Below, piece after piece: positions 47,877-55,806 of a stretch of 64,000 nt of DNA. The stretch's first letter is position 1. Every line of letters begins with the position of its first letter. The position numbers were made by a program, and so were the translations under genes. The notes under the pieces were generated by a model. The model had not been told where the DNA came from. It did no database searches and worked only from the letters and a program-made list of their open reading frames with translations. The DNA comes from Eubacteriales bacterium (GTDB lineage Bacteria > Bacillota > Clostridia > Oscillospirales > QAKW01): positions 89,853-153,852 of the forward strand of contig JAZQFD010000007.1 in NCBI GenBank assembly GCA_045539335.1. The letters are read 5' to 3'.

Positions 47877-48617
47877 GTGAAAATGCAAATCAACGAGTTC
47901 GCAAAACTCGCAGGTGTCAGTGTGCGCACACTGCACTATTATGATGAAATAGGTTTGTTAAAGCCCGCCTTTGTTGACGAGCAAAATGGCTATCGGTTTT
48001 ATGATGAATTCTCTCTTGAACGTATGCAAGAGATCCTGTTTTATCGTGAACTTGATTTTGAACTAAAAAGCATTGCAGAGATCTTATCATCTCCCGATTA
48101 CGATAAGCAAAAAGCACTCGCCGAGCAGCGAAAACTCTTAATTCTCAAAAAGGAACGATTAGAGCGAATTATTGCTGCTTTGGATGGTGCTGAGAAAGGA
48201 AAGATTACCATGACTGCATTTGATAACAGCGATTATGAAACCGCCCGCAACCAGTATGAGGCTGAGGCGAAGAGGCGTTGGGGCGAAACGGCCGCCTATA
48301 AAGAACATGCGGAAAAGACCGCAAGCTACAGCAAAGATCAATGGCAAGCCGTCAACGACGGACTGATGACCGTCCTCTCCAAATTCGCCGGGTGTATGAA
48401 TAACGGACACGCACCCAACTCGGACGAGGCGCAGGCTCTGGTGAAAGAGCTGCAAAATTACATCACCGAGAACTACTACACCTGCACCGATGAAATCCTC
48501 GCCGGCCTCGGCCAAATGTACGTTGCCGACGAGCGTTTCAAAAACAACATCGACCAACACACTCCCGGCACCGCCGCTTTCGTCAGCCAAGCCATCACCA
48601 CCTATTGCAGAAAATAA
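47877..48617 (+). CDS. MerR family transcriptional regulator with TipAS-like C-terminal domain
   Basis: Contains INEFAKLAGVSVRTLHYYDEIGLLKP, and the long C-terminal domain ends in ...AAFVSQAITTYC. The start is the GTG at 47877 or the ATG at 47883. Confidence 0.85.
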   Translation: MKMQINEFAKLAGVSVRTLHYYDEIGLLKPAFVDEQNGYRFYDEFSLERMQEILFYRELDFELKSIAEILSSPDYDKQKALAEQRKLLILKKERLERIIAALDGAEKGKITMTAFDNSDYETARNQYEAEAKRRWGETAAYKEHAEKTASYSKDQWQAVNDGLMTVLSKFAGCMNNGHAPNSDEAQALVKELQNYITENYYTCTDEILAGLGQMYVADERFKNNIDQHTPGTAAFVSQAITTYCRK

Positions 48618-48811
48618 CGCCAAAAACAGCCGCCACCTGGTTCAAGACCGAGTGACGGCTTCAGCATTTCTATAGGCGCTAATATATCTGCCCATTTGGA
48701 GATGGTTACTTAAATTGACAAAAGAAAGCAAGAAAACCACTACGATCGCAAGATTTTTGCCAAAAACTATTGAGATGTGCGATCGAATGTGGCATATAAA
48801 GAATAATAATA

Positions 48812-48895
48812 CTATTTGAAAACAAAACCTTCACCGGCTGGTCTGCACAGATTATTCAACATGAAATTGACCATTGCAATGGACTCTTGATTTAA
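48812..48895 (+). pseudogene. def: 3'-terminal fragment of a peptide deformylase gene
   Basis: Hand translation LFENKTFTGWSAQIIQHEIDHCNGLLI* contains PDF motif 3 (QHExDH..G). An in-frame stop lies just upstream (48797), and no N-terminal part is present in that frame. Confidence 0.5.
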
Positions 48896-48963
48896 TTACT
48901 AAAACCCGCACCATTCATCTGAATGGTGCGGGTTTTGCTTTTGAGTATGCATAATAAAAAATG

Positions 48964-48993
48964 CCGAGCAGAGCGTTAACTCGCTCTGCTCGG
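48964..48993. repeat. GC-rich palindromic hairpin, copy 2 (terminator of the P-loop kinase gene)
   Basis: ccgagcagagcgttaactcgctctgctcgg. Its arms match those of the hairpin at 43975-44000. On the minus strand it is followed by a T-run. Confidence 0.6.
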
Positions 48994-49034
48994 CTGAATT
49001 GGATTTGTATGCGACAACAGATTTGAATTTGTCG

Positions 49035-49547
49035 TTATAAACTAATATTGATTTCATAGTTGTTTTCAATGAGTATATAGTTCACATTATACTTTTGTGC
49101 GAGGTCAAGCATATCGGCATTGTCTTCCAATACACTTTCTAGAGTGCACCATTCATCATCTAAACGGTTTTCAATGACGTTTGCATATTTCTTTATGTCA
49201 GCAAAGTGATTTTTGATATATTCCTCACTCATTATAAGACAGTAATATTTTATGCTTTCAAGATATTCGGAGTCAAAGTCTTTCTGCCAATCGAATGGAA
49301 TATAGCAACCTTCGACAATCAAGTTCTGATTATTCTCAATAGCAGTTTTTATCATTTCACGAACAATCGGCCACAAGTATTCGGTTAATTCATTGTCATC
49401 CATAGGGGAAAGCTCTGTGTTGCAGCTACGAATTAAACCCATTTTCAGATGGTCTATTGACAGATACGGATAATTATATTTTTCAAGCAACTTTTGAGCA
49501 AGTGCCGTTTTGCCTGTATGGGATGCTCCCGTAATTAAAACAATCAT
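49035..49547 (-). CDS. P-loop NTPase / small-molecule kinase-like protein
   Basis: Walker A ITGASHTGKT. About 170 aa and AT-rich. A strong promoter lies upstream on the minus strand (TTGAAA, 17 nt, TGgTATAAT). Confidence 0.7.
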   Translation of the reverse strand: MIVLITGASHTGKTALAQKLLEKYNYPYLSIDHLKMGLIRSCNTELSPMDDNELTEYLWPIVREMIKTAIENNQNLIVEGCYIPFDWQKDFDSEYLESIKYYCLIMSEEYIKNHFADIKKYANVIENRLDDEWCTLESVLEDNADMLDLAQKYNVNYILIENNYEINISL

Positions 49548-49668
49548 TATCACACCTACAAATTCTTATTTATTGAACTGATTATACCACACGCACAACA
49601 ACTTTTCAATGCATACAAAAAATACCCGCTCACTACGAGCGGGCAAAAAATAAAACTTGACGAACCAG

Positions 49669-49694
49669 TGGTGGAGATAAGCGGTAACTCTGCG
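49669..49694 (-). repeat. direct repeat of the tRNA-Ala 3' end (att-like remnant)
   Basis: tggtggagataagcgg (49669-49684) is identical to tRNA positions 49941-49956. The 24-nt gtggagataagcggtaactctgcg (49671-49694) is identical to 44784-44807. A further 12-nt piece, gataagcgggat, lies at 49724-49735. Confidence 0.65.
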
Positions 49695-49902
49695 TCAAGA
49701 CAACAAGGATTTGTGCGCAGTGGGATAAGCGGGATACTCCGCGAGCCGTGGGCTCGCTCCGTGACACCTTCGTATTTTCTGCCCCCGCATGGGGCATTTT
49801 GCTTCAAGAAGCAAAAAAGCAGGCTTTTGCCTGCTGAAAATACGGGTGTTCTGACCTGCGCATTGCGTTGCAATGCGCAGTCGCCCCGCAGGGTCTCCGC
49901 CA

Positions 49903-49940
49903 AATAATAAAGGCACACCATTTGGTGTGCCTTTATTATT
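49903..49940 (-). terminator. hairpin immediately after the tRNA-Ala 3' end
   Basis: aataataaaggcacacca ttt ggtgtgcctttattatt, a long perfect stem. Confidence 0.6.
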
Positions 49941-50016
<76 letters not shown>

Positions 50017-50032
50017 ATACGGAACGGATATT

Positions 50033-50061
50033 AATATATCATAAAGAGAAGCGGTTGTCAA
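50033..50061 (-). promoter_or_regulatory. promoter of tRNA-Ala
   Basis: On the minus strand: TTGACA, a 17-nt spacer, then TATATT, ending 16 nt before the mature 5' end. Confidence 0.5.
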
Positions 50062-50121
50062 TATTTTTTTAAAAAACTTTTTTCTATGGGGGCGGTAATC
50101 TGCAAAGTGGGGCTCTTTATC

Positions 50122-50151
50122 TTTACAAACTGCCGACGATCATGGTAAAAT
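50122..50151 (+). promoter_or_regulatory. promoter of the STAND NTPase gene
   Basis: TTTACA, an 18-nt spacer, then TGgTAAAAT (an extended -10). Confidence 0.45.
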
Positions 50152-50174
50152 AAAAGAAAGGAGGCGTGAACCTT

Positions 50175-53100
50175 ATGAAATCGATTTTTGTTTCCAGCAC
50201 CTTCCGTGATATGCACTTTGAGCGAGATATTCTCAATCGGGAGATTGGTCCTCGCCTGAATTATTATCTTTCCCAATATAATCAATCCATCCGCATCACC
50301 GATCTGCGCTGGGGTGTGGACACCTCGGACCTGTCGGAGGAGGATGCCACCGCACGGGTGCTGAAGGTCTGCTTTGATGAGATCGAAAACTGCCGCCCCC
50401 ATATCATTATTCTTTTAGGGGATCGCTATGGGTACATTCCCGATGGGGAGAGCCTCAGCGTGACCCATATGGAGATTTTAAAAGGCGCATTGGAGAATAC
50501 GGAGCGGGAGCATATATATGTGTATTTCCGCAAAGGGGACTATACCGGCATGCCGGAGGAGCTGCGAGGGGTCTTTTTGGAGCAAAATCCCGCCGCCGAA
50601 GAAAAACTGGCGGATTTAAAGGCCTTACTGCGGGAAAAACTACCCGATCGATGCCGAGAATACCATGCCTCTTGGTCGGAGGAGCATCAGTTGATGATCT
50701 CGGAGGATTTTTTTGAACTGCTGTATGGCGATTTGAAAAGGGAGTATGAAAAGGAGTTTTCTACCCTCCAATACCAAAGCCTTTTGGAAAAGCAGATCGC
50801 CGAAAATGAAGAACTCCTTTTAGAGAATCAAAAGTACGCCTTTGAAAAGACCGACATGCTGGAGTGGGAGACGGGAAATATCGAAAATGCCGATCGCCCC
50901 TATGCTATCCTTGGCGATGCCGGTGCCGGTAAGAGCGTCTATCTTTCGTTGCTTTGCTCCCACCTGCGAAAGAGCGGGAAGAATGCCCATGTGCTCTTTT
51001 GCGGAGATAATGGTTTTTCTGCCTCGGTGCGGAATGCGGCGGAGTATCTGCTGTATGCCATGAGCGACGGGGCTTACGATTATAAAAAATACCAAGAATA
51101 TACCTATGAGCAACTCTTAACAGCCATCCATGATCAGCGTACCCACTTGATGGGAACGGTCTATTTCTTATTGGATGCGGTGGATAAATGCGAAGAAGGG
51201 ATGATCAATTTCATTCTTTGGTGCAGTCGCTATCTGCCGGAGCAGGTGAAGATGGTTTGTTCTTCCCGCCCCATTCAGCCCTTGAAAGAGGTGTCCAAGT
51301 CCTTTAAGTTCAGCTTGATGGAGTATGAAAAGGCCGACTATCGGGCTATGGCGGAGCGGTTGCTGCAGCGCCATGGAAAAGCCCTGAACGACCAACTGCT
51401 GGAGCAGTTGGTGGAGCATACCGTCAGCCCCTTACAGTTGAATGTATTGCTGCTTCGTTTGCTGAATTTAAATGCGTCGGATTTTGATGCCATTAATCAG
51501 GCAGGAGGCGGTATGGATGCCATTAACGCCTATCTGCAGCAGGTGATTGAAAACAGTTCTGCGGATCTGCCGCAAATGATCGGCAACTTGATGCGTACCC
51601 TGCTGGAGCAGTGCCCCAATCCTGAATTTGAGATGGTGGTGCTCAGCTTTATTGCCTTCTCGGAATTCGGTTTGCCCGAAAGCGATCTGGAAAAGATGGT
51701 GGAGATGAGCGATCAGAACTGGGTACAGTTGGATTATCTGGATCTTTTGGCTCGGTTCTCCTTCTTCCTGCGGATGCGGGACAACGGCCGTGTGGATATT
51801 TCCCATGATGTGATCCGTCAGACCATCCGTGATCTTTTGGAGGATGAGGGGCGAAAGATTTATTATGCCATCTCCTTGTTTTACCTTGCTACTGAGCATC
51901 TGGATGCCTTTGGCATTCGCACCTTTATGGAGGCGATTTTCAATGGCTATCACCGCCGTGGATTGGTGGAATTTGTGGTGCGAAAGCGGAATATTTTAAA
52001 GGACCATAGCGGGGAAGGACTGGAACTGATCACCGAATTCCGTAAATGTATCCGCCTGATGTTTATGGCAGACAACGGCGAGTATTTAACCTCCTCGGTG
52101 GAGGAGTGTAAAAACCTCAATGAAGTATTATGGCTGCAAGCGGCCATCAGCGGCGCCCTGACCACACAGCGGGATTACCTTTCCGAGGGGATGGTTATTA
52201 CCATGGCGCAGGTGTGTATGATGATCCCCATGCGGATCGAGGAATTTCCCCCGGAGCTTGCGGCCATGGAACTTTTCTCGGTGAAGAATTTCTTGAAACG
52301 CCATAAGATCGATGGTCCGGAAGCAGAGAATTTTTATGCCATGTGCCAAGAGGAGATCGACCGAAGAAATGCCGCCCAAGGCAAGAGCACCAAAACCAAT
52401 CGCTCTCCGGAGGAGATGATGGAGGTTGTATGCGATCCTCAAGCAGATCAAACAGAGCGCACCCTCTGCTTAATGGAACTGACCGGCATTTTAAGAGAAA
52501 TGTCCAACTCACCTAAAAGTGTTGATCGGGCAGAGGGCTTGCTGCTGAAGCTGCTGGAGGCGGAGGTGTCGGTTGGGATGCCTCTGGTGAACCGTGCCGA
52601 CATTTGCACCTCTTTGGGTCAACTCTATAAGACCAAAGAGGACTGGGAGAAGGCTATTAAATACGATCAGCAAAGCTTGGATATCTATCGGGATTTATAT
52701 GAAAAAAATAACCACCCGGAGTATTACCGTAAGTACCGTGAGCGGGTGTATAATATTGCCAATGTGACCGAAGCATGGGCCATTCGTGAAAAGACCAATC
52801 AAGCGCTTTGGCAGGAGACCTGCCGCCGCTATGAAGAAAACTATCGCTTAGATCTGCTGGCGGTAGGGCAGGGGGTAGATGAACCGGAGTTGATGCAATG
52901 CGCCGGCGCCATCTTAAGCTACGGCACCGCCCTGATCAATACCGATCGTATAGAGGAAGGTTTCCGAAAGTATCAAGAAGCTGTTGCCATGATTGTTGGC
53001 TTGACCGAGAATCGCCCTCGCCCCGATCTGTTTGCGGAGCTTTGCCAGTGGATGATGGAGGGCTGCTATCAGTTAATGAGCGTTGGAAAATATGCCGAGG

Positions 53101-53810
53101 CAGTGGACCTTGCCAAGGAACTGTTTGTATATGTGGGGGCGGTGGCCAATAGCGAGGACCCCCGAGCCCAAGAGCGGCTGATGGGGTATGCTACCCCCTT
53201 TGCCAACCATCTTAATCAGTTTTTGGATGGGTGCATTCAGCAAAAAGAGATGGAGCATACCCTGCTCTTTTCCAATCTGATCGCTGATCTGTATCTGGCG
53301 ATTTTGCCCATTGCTCCTTATGCCTATAAGGTGAATACCTTGCATACCTTGCGTAATATTGCCGACATTTATTATCTGCACCTGCAGGATTATGCAAAAG
53401 CCTTTGATGCCTACCAGCGGCTGTTCAAAGCGGTGGAGGAGCATGAGCTTCTTTGTCCCGATGAGCAGGGCAATCTCCATGATGAGGTGAACCTCCGCAT
53501 GGGCGATCCTTTTATTCGCCGCTTGCTTTGTTTGGAGAAATTGGGCCGCCAAGAGGAGCTGAATGCTTTGGTGGCAACCCTTGCAGAGGATGCCAAATAT
53601 ATCGCCTGTCGCACCAATGCCTATAAAGAGGATGGGGCCTTGCTGCTGTATCTTTTGGGTATGGAACTGGCTAAAACATCCCGCAGTCTGGGCTTGGTCA
53701 CTCTGATGAGCGCTTTCCATATTGTATCTGAAGAAGGCTATGATAAAACTGCCCACTCCGACACCGTCTCTAAAATCATCATGGGCATTAAAATCTTGAG
53801 TGTTAAATAA
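50175..53810 (+). CDS. STAND-type P-loop NTPase with DUF4062-like N-terminal domain and long helical/TPR-like C-terminal region (NLR-like; candidate defence sensor)
   Basis: 1211 aa from the ATG at 50175 (AAAGGAGG RBS). The N-terminus is KSIFVSSTFRDMHFERDIL...IIILLGDRYGYIP. Walker A is ILGDAGAGKS (50913-50936) and a Walker B-like motif is VYFLLDAVDKCEE (51159-51197). TPR-like stretches occur, e.g. LGQLYKTKEDWEKAIKYDQQSLDIYRDLY. Confidence 0.75.
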   Translation: MKSIFVSSTFRDMHFERDILNREIGPRLNYYLSQYNQSIRITDLRWGVDTSDLSEEDATARVLKVCFDEIENCRPHIIILLGDRYGYIPDGESLSVTHMEILKGALENTEREHIYVYFRKGDYTGMPEELRGVFLEQNPAAEEKLADLKALLREKLPDRCREYHASWSEEHQLMISEDFFELLYGDLKREYEKEFSTLQYQSLLEKQIAENEELLLENQKYAFEKTDMLEWETGNIENADRPYAILGDAGAGKSVYLSLLCSHLRKSGKNAHVLFCGDNGFSASVRNAAEYLLYAMSDGAYDYKKYQEYTYEQLLTAIHDQRTHLMGTVYFLLDAVDKCEEGMINFILWCSRYLPEQVKMVCSSRPIQPLKEVSKSFKFSLMEYEKADYRAMAERLLQRHGKALNDQLLEQLVEHTVSPLQLNVLLLRLLNLNASDFDAINQAGGGMDAINAYLQQVIENSSADLPQMIGNLMRTLLEQCPNPEFEMVVLSFIAFSEFGLPESDLEKMVEMSDQNWVQLDYLDLLARFSFFLRMRDNGRVDISHDVIRQTIRDLLEDEGRKIYYAISLFYLATEHLDAFGIRTFMEAIFNGYHRRGLVEFVVRKRNILKDHSGEGLELITEFRKCIRLMFMADNGEYLTSSVEECKNLNEVLWLQAAISGALTTQRDYLSEGMVITMAQVCMMIPMRIEEFPPELAAMELFSVKNFLKRHKIDGPEAENFYAMCQEEIDRRNAAQGKSTKTNRSPEEMMEVVCDPQADQTERTLCLMELTGILREMSNSPKSVDRAEGLLLKLLEAEVSVGMPLVNRADICTSLGQLYKTKEDWEKAIKYDQQSLDIYRDLYEKNNHPEYYRKYRERVYNIANVTEAWAIREKTNQALWQETCRRYEENYRLDLLAVGQGVDEPELMQCAGAILSYGTALINTDRIEEGFRKYQEAVAMIVGLTENRPRPDLFAELCQWMMEGCYQLMSVGKYAEAVDLAKELFVYVGAVANSEDPRAQERLMGYATPFANHLNQFLDGCIQQKEMEHTLLFSNLIADLYLAILPIAPYAYKVNTLHTLRNIADIYYLHLQDYAKAFDAYQRLFKAVEEHELLCPDEQGNLHDEVNLRMGDPFIRRLLCLEKLGRQEELNALVATLAEDAKYIACRTNAYKEDGALLLYLLGMELAKTSRSLGLVTLMSAFHIVSEEGYDKTAHSDTVSKIIMGIKILSVK

Positions 53811-53907
53811 AAAGAATCAAAGGCTTGCGCTTGGATTTTCAACCTAGGGTATGATATATTTTGACCATATATAGTATTATAAAACAATGAAAGCAGAGGT
53901 ATAAAAA

Positions 53908-54621
53908 ATGGCTACTGCACATATTAATGCAAAACTTGGGGATTTTGCTTCCACCGTCTTGATGCCGGGGGATCCTCTTCGTGCAAAAATGATTGCAGAA
54001 AAGTATCTGGAGAACGCTGTTCTCGTCAATAACGTCAGAGGGATTCAGGGCTACACGGGCACATATAAAGGCAAGCGTGTCTCTGTGATGGCAAGTGGAA
54101 TGGGAATGCCCTCCATGGGAATCTATTCCTACGAACTGTTCAATTTTTTTGGGGTCAACAACATCATTCGTATTGGCTCTGCAGGTGCAATTAAGGATGA
54201 TGTTCACGTTCGTGATATCGTGATTGGTATGGGTTGCTCCACCGATTCCAACTTTGCCGCAAACTATAATCTCCCCGGTACACTGGCTCCCCTTTGCAGC
54301 TATGAGGTAATGAGCAAATGTGTGGAGTGCGCCAAGGAAATGGGCGTAACTTATCATGTGGGCAATCTTTTGTCCTCCGATGTTTTCTATTCCGACGATG
54401 AGAGTGCCAACGAGCGTTGGGCAAAAATGGGCGTGATGGCTATCGATATGGAAGGTGCGGCTCTTTATATGAATGCCGCCAGATTGAATAAGAATGCCCT
54501 TGTGATTTGCACTGTGTCCAATCATATTATTACAGGCGAGGAAACCACCGCCGAAGAACGGCAGAACTCCTTTGGAGAAATGATCACGCTGGCACTGGAA
54601 ACCGCACTTAAGTTGGATTAA
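53908..54621 (+). CDS. deoD: purine nucleoside phosphorylase, DeoD type
   Basis: 237 aa. Collinear with E. coli DeoD from memory (MATAHINAKLGDFASTVLMPGDPLRAK...NNVRG..GYTGTYKGKRVSVM.SGMG). Confidence 0.92.
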   Translation: MATAHINAKLGDFASTVLMPGDPLRAKMIAEKYLENAVLVNNVRGIQGYTGTYKGKRVSVMASGMGMPSMGIYSYELFNFFGVNNIIRIGSAGAIKDDVHVRDIVIGMGCSTDSNFAANYNLPGTLAPLCSYEVMSKCVECAKEMGVTYHVGNLLSSDVFYSDDESANERWAKMGVMAIDMEGAALYMNAARLNKNALVICTVSNHIITGEETTAEERQNSFGEMITLALETALKLD

Positions 54622-54652
54622 AGGGAAGATTGACAATCTATAGGATATTTTT

Positions 54653-55654
54653 ATGATCGATTTGCATTTACATTTAGATGGTTCTCTGAACCCCCAAAAT
54701 ATACCGATAATGGCCAAAATGGCAGGCGTAGATCTGCCGGATACAGACCAAGATGTCCTCCGAACCAAAATGATGGTAGGGCCTGATTGCACTAATCTGG
54801 GCGAGTATTTGGAAAAGTTTGATTTGCCGCTTCAACTGCTTCAAACAACCGAATGTATTGAATATGCGGTTTATGAGCTGATGAGAGATTTAAAAAAGCA
54901 AGGGCTGTGTTACGCCGAAATTCGTTTTGCACCGCAGCTGCATTTGCAAAAAGGACTTACCCAGCCCCAAGTGGTGGAAGCGGCGATTCGGGGCAGAAAT
55001 AAAGGGATTCGGGATTTTGGCATAAAGGTCCATTTGATTCTGTGCTGTATGCGGGGAGAACAGAACCTTGCTGAAAATAAAGAAACGGTGATGGTTGCCA
55101 AAAGCTTTCTTGGAAAGGGGGTTTGTGCCGTAGATCTGGCGGGGAATGAAGCCGCTTATCCAACGCAAACCTTTCAAGATGTTTTTGCCATCGCAAAGGA
55201 TAATGCCGTTCCGGCGGTCATTCATGCAGGGGAAGCCGCAGGGCCTGACAGTGTTTGGCAGGCCCTGGACCTAGGCACTGTTCGTATCGGCCATGGGATC
55301 CATGCCATTGAAGACGTTGAACTGATGCGTACGCTGAAGGAAAAGAACATCTATCTTGAACTGTGTTATTCAAGCAATCTGCAGACTAAGACGGTGGATC
55401 GGGCAGAGGACTACCCCCTTGTTCGGTTTATTTCCGAAGGGATCGGCGTAACCTTGAATACCGATAATCTTACGGTCTCCAACACGACCTTGAAAAGAGA
55501 GTATAATATTGTTCAAAAGCAGTTCTCTTTGAGCGACGATCTGCTTAAGTCGATTGCAATGAATTCCCTTGATGGGGCATTTTTGTCCGCAGAAGAAAAG
55601 GAAACGTTAAGAAAACGCATAGACCAAGATTTTTCAGAGTGGCTTCACTCGTAA
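54653..55654 (+). CDS. add: adenosine deaminase
   Basis: 333 aa. Contains HLHLDGS, VIHAGEAAGP, RIGHG and LNTDN, at the canonical size. Confidence 0.9.
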   Translation: MIDLHLHLDGSLNPQNIPIMAKMAGVDLPDTDQDVLRTKMMVGPDCTNLGEYLEKFDLPLQLLQTTECIEYAVYELMRDLKKQGLCYAEIRFAPQLHLQKGLTQPQVVEAAIRGRNKGIRDFGIKVHLILCCMRGEQNLAENKETVMVAKSFLGKGVCAVDLAGNEAAYPTQTFQDVFAIAKDNAVPAVIHAGEAAGPDSVWQALDLGTVRIGHGIHAIEDVELMRTLKEKNIYLELCYSSNLQTKTVDRAEDYPLVRFISEGIGVTLNTDNLTVSNTTLKREYNIVQKQFSLSDDLLKSIAMNSLDGAFLSAEEKETLRKRIDQDFSEWLHS

Positions 55655-55754
55655 AAACATAGAGCGAGTAAAGGATATCAGTCCACCGGACTGTTTTTCT
55701 TCCCGAAGCGAACCTCCTTGAGGTTCAAGTCCCGTCTCATTTAAACACAAAACA

Positions 55755-55783
55755 AAAAGCACCCAAAAGGGTGCTTTTTATTT
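55755..55783. terminator. intrinsic terminator after add
   Basis: aaaaagcaccc aaaa gggtgcttttt. A second weaker hairpin, cagtccaccggactg plus a T-run, lies at about 55688-55710. Confidence 0.75.
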
Positions 55784-55806
55784 TGGTGCGGGCGTTCATA
55801 ACGGAC

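Noticed and set aside
50166-50174. Alternative upstream start (MNLMKS...) for the STAND gene, and the long N-terminal extensions in the ORF track for 17051..17929, 36803.., 41604.., 44006..44662, 55807..57063, 61795..62583 and 62578...
   Set aside because: In each case an internal start has a much better RBS at proper spacing and matches the usual family N-terminus. The extended versions would also run through promoters or terminators.
53908-55654. deoD-add considered as a RADAR-like or deaminase-based defence module.
   Set aside because: Both proteins have canonical housekeeping length (237 and 333 aa) and are collinear with the E. coli enzymes. There is no large ATPase partner of the RdrA type and there are no extra domains. 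Only the weaker co-transcription observation is kept as a finding.
55700-55745. Plus-strand string gaggttcaagtcccgtctc resembling a tRNA T-arm (compare aggttcaagtcctgtc in tRNA-Leu).
   Set aside because: I could not fold a T-stem, acceptor stem or anticodon arm around it. At most it is a short tRNA-derived scrap, and it is not reported as a tRNA.
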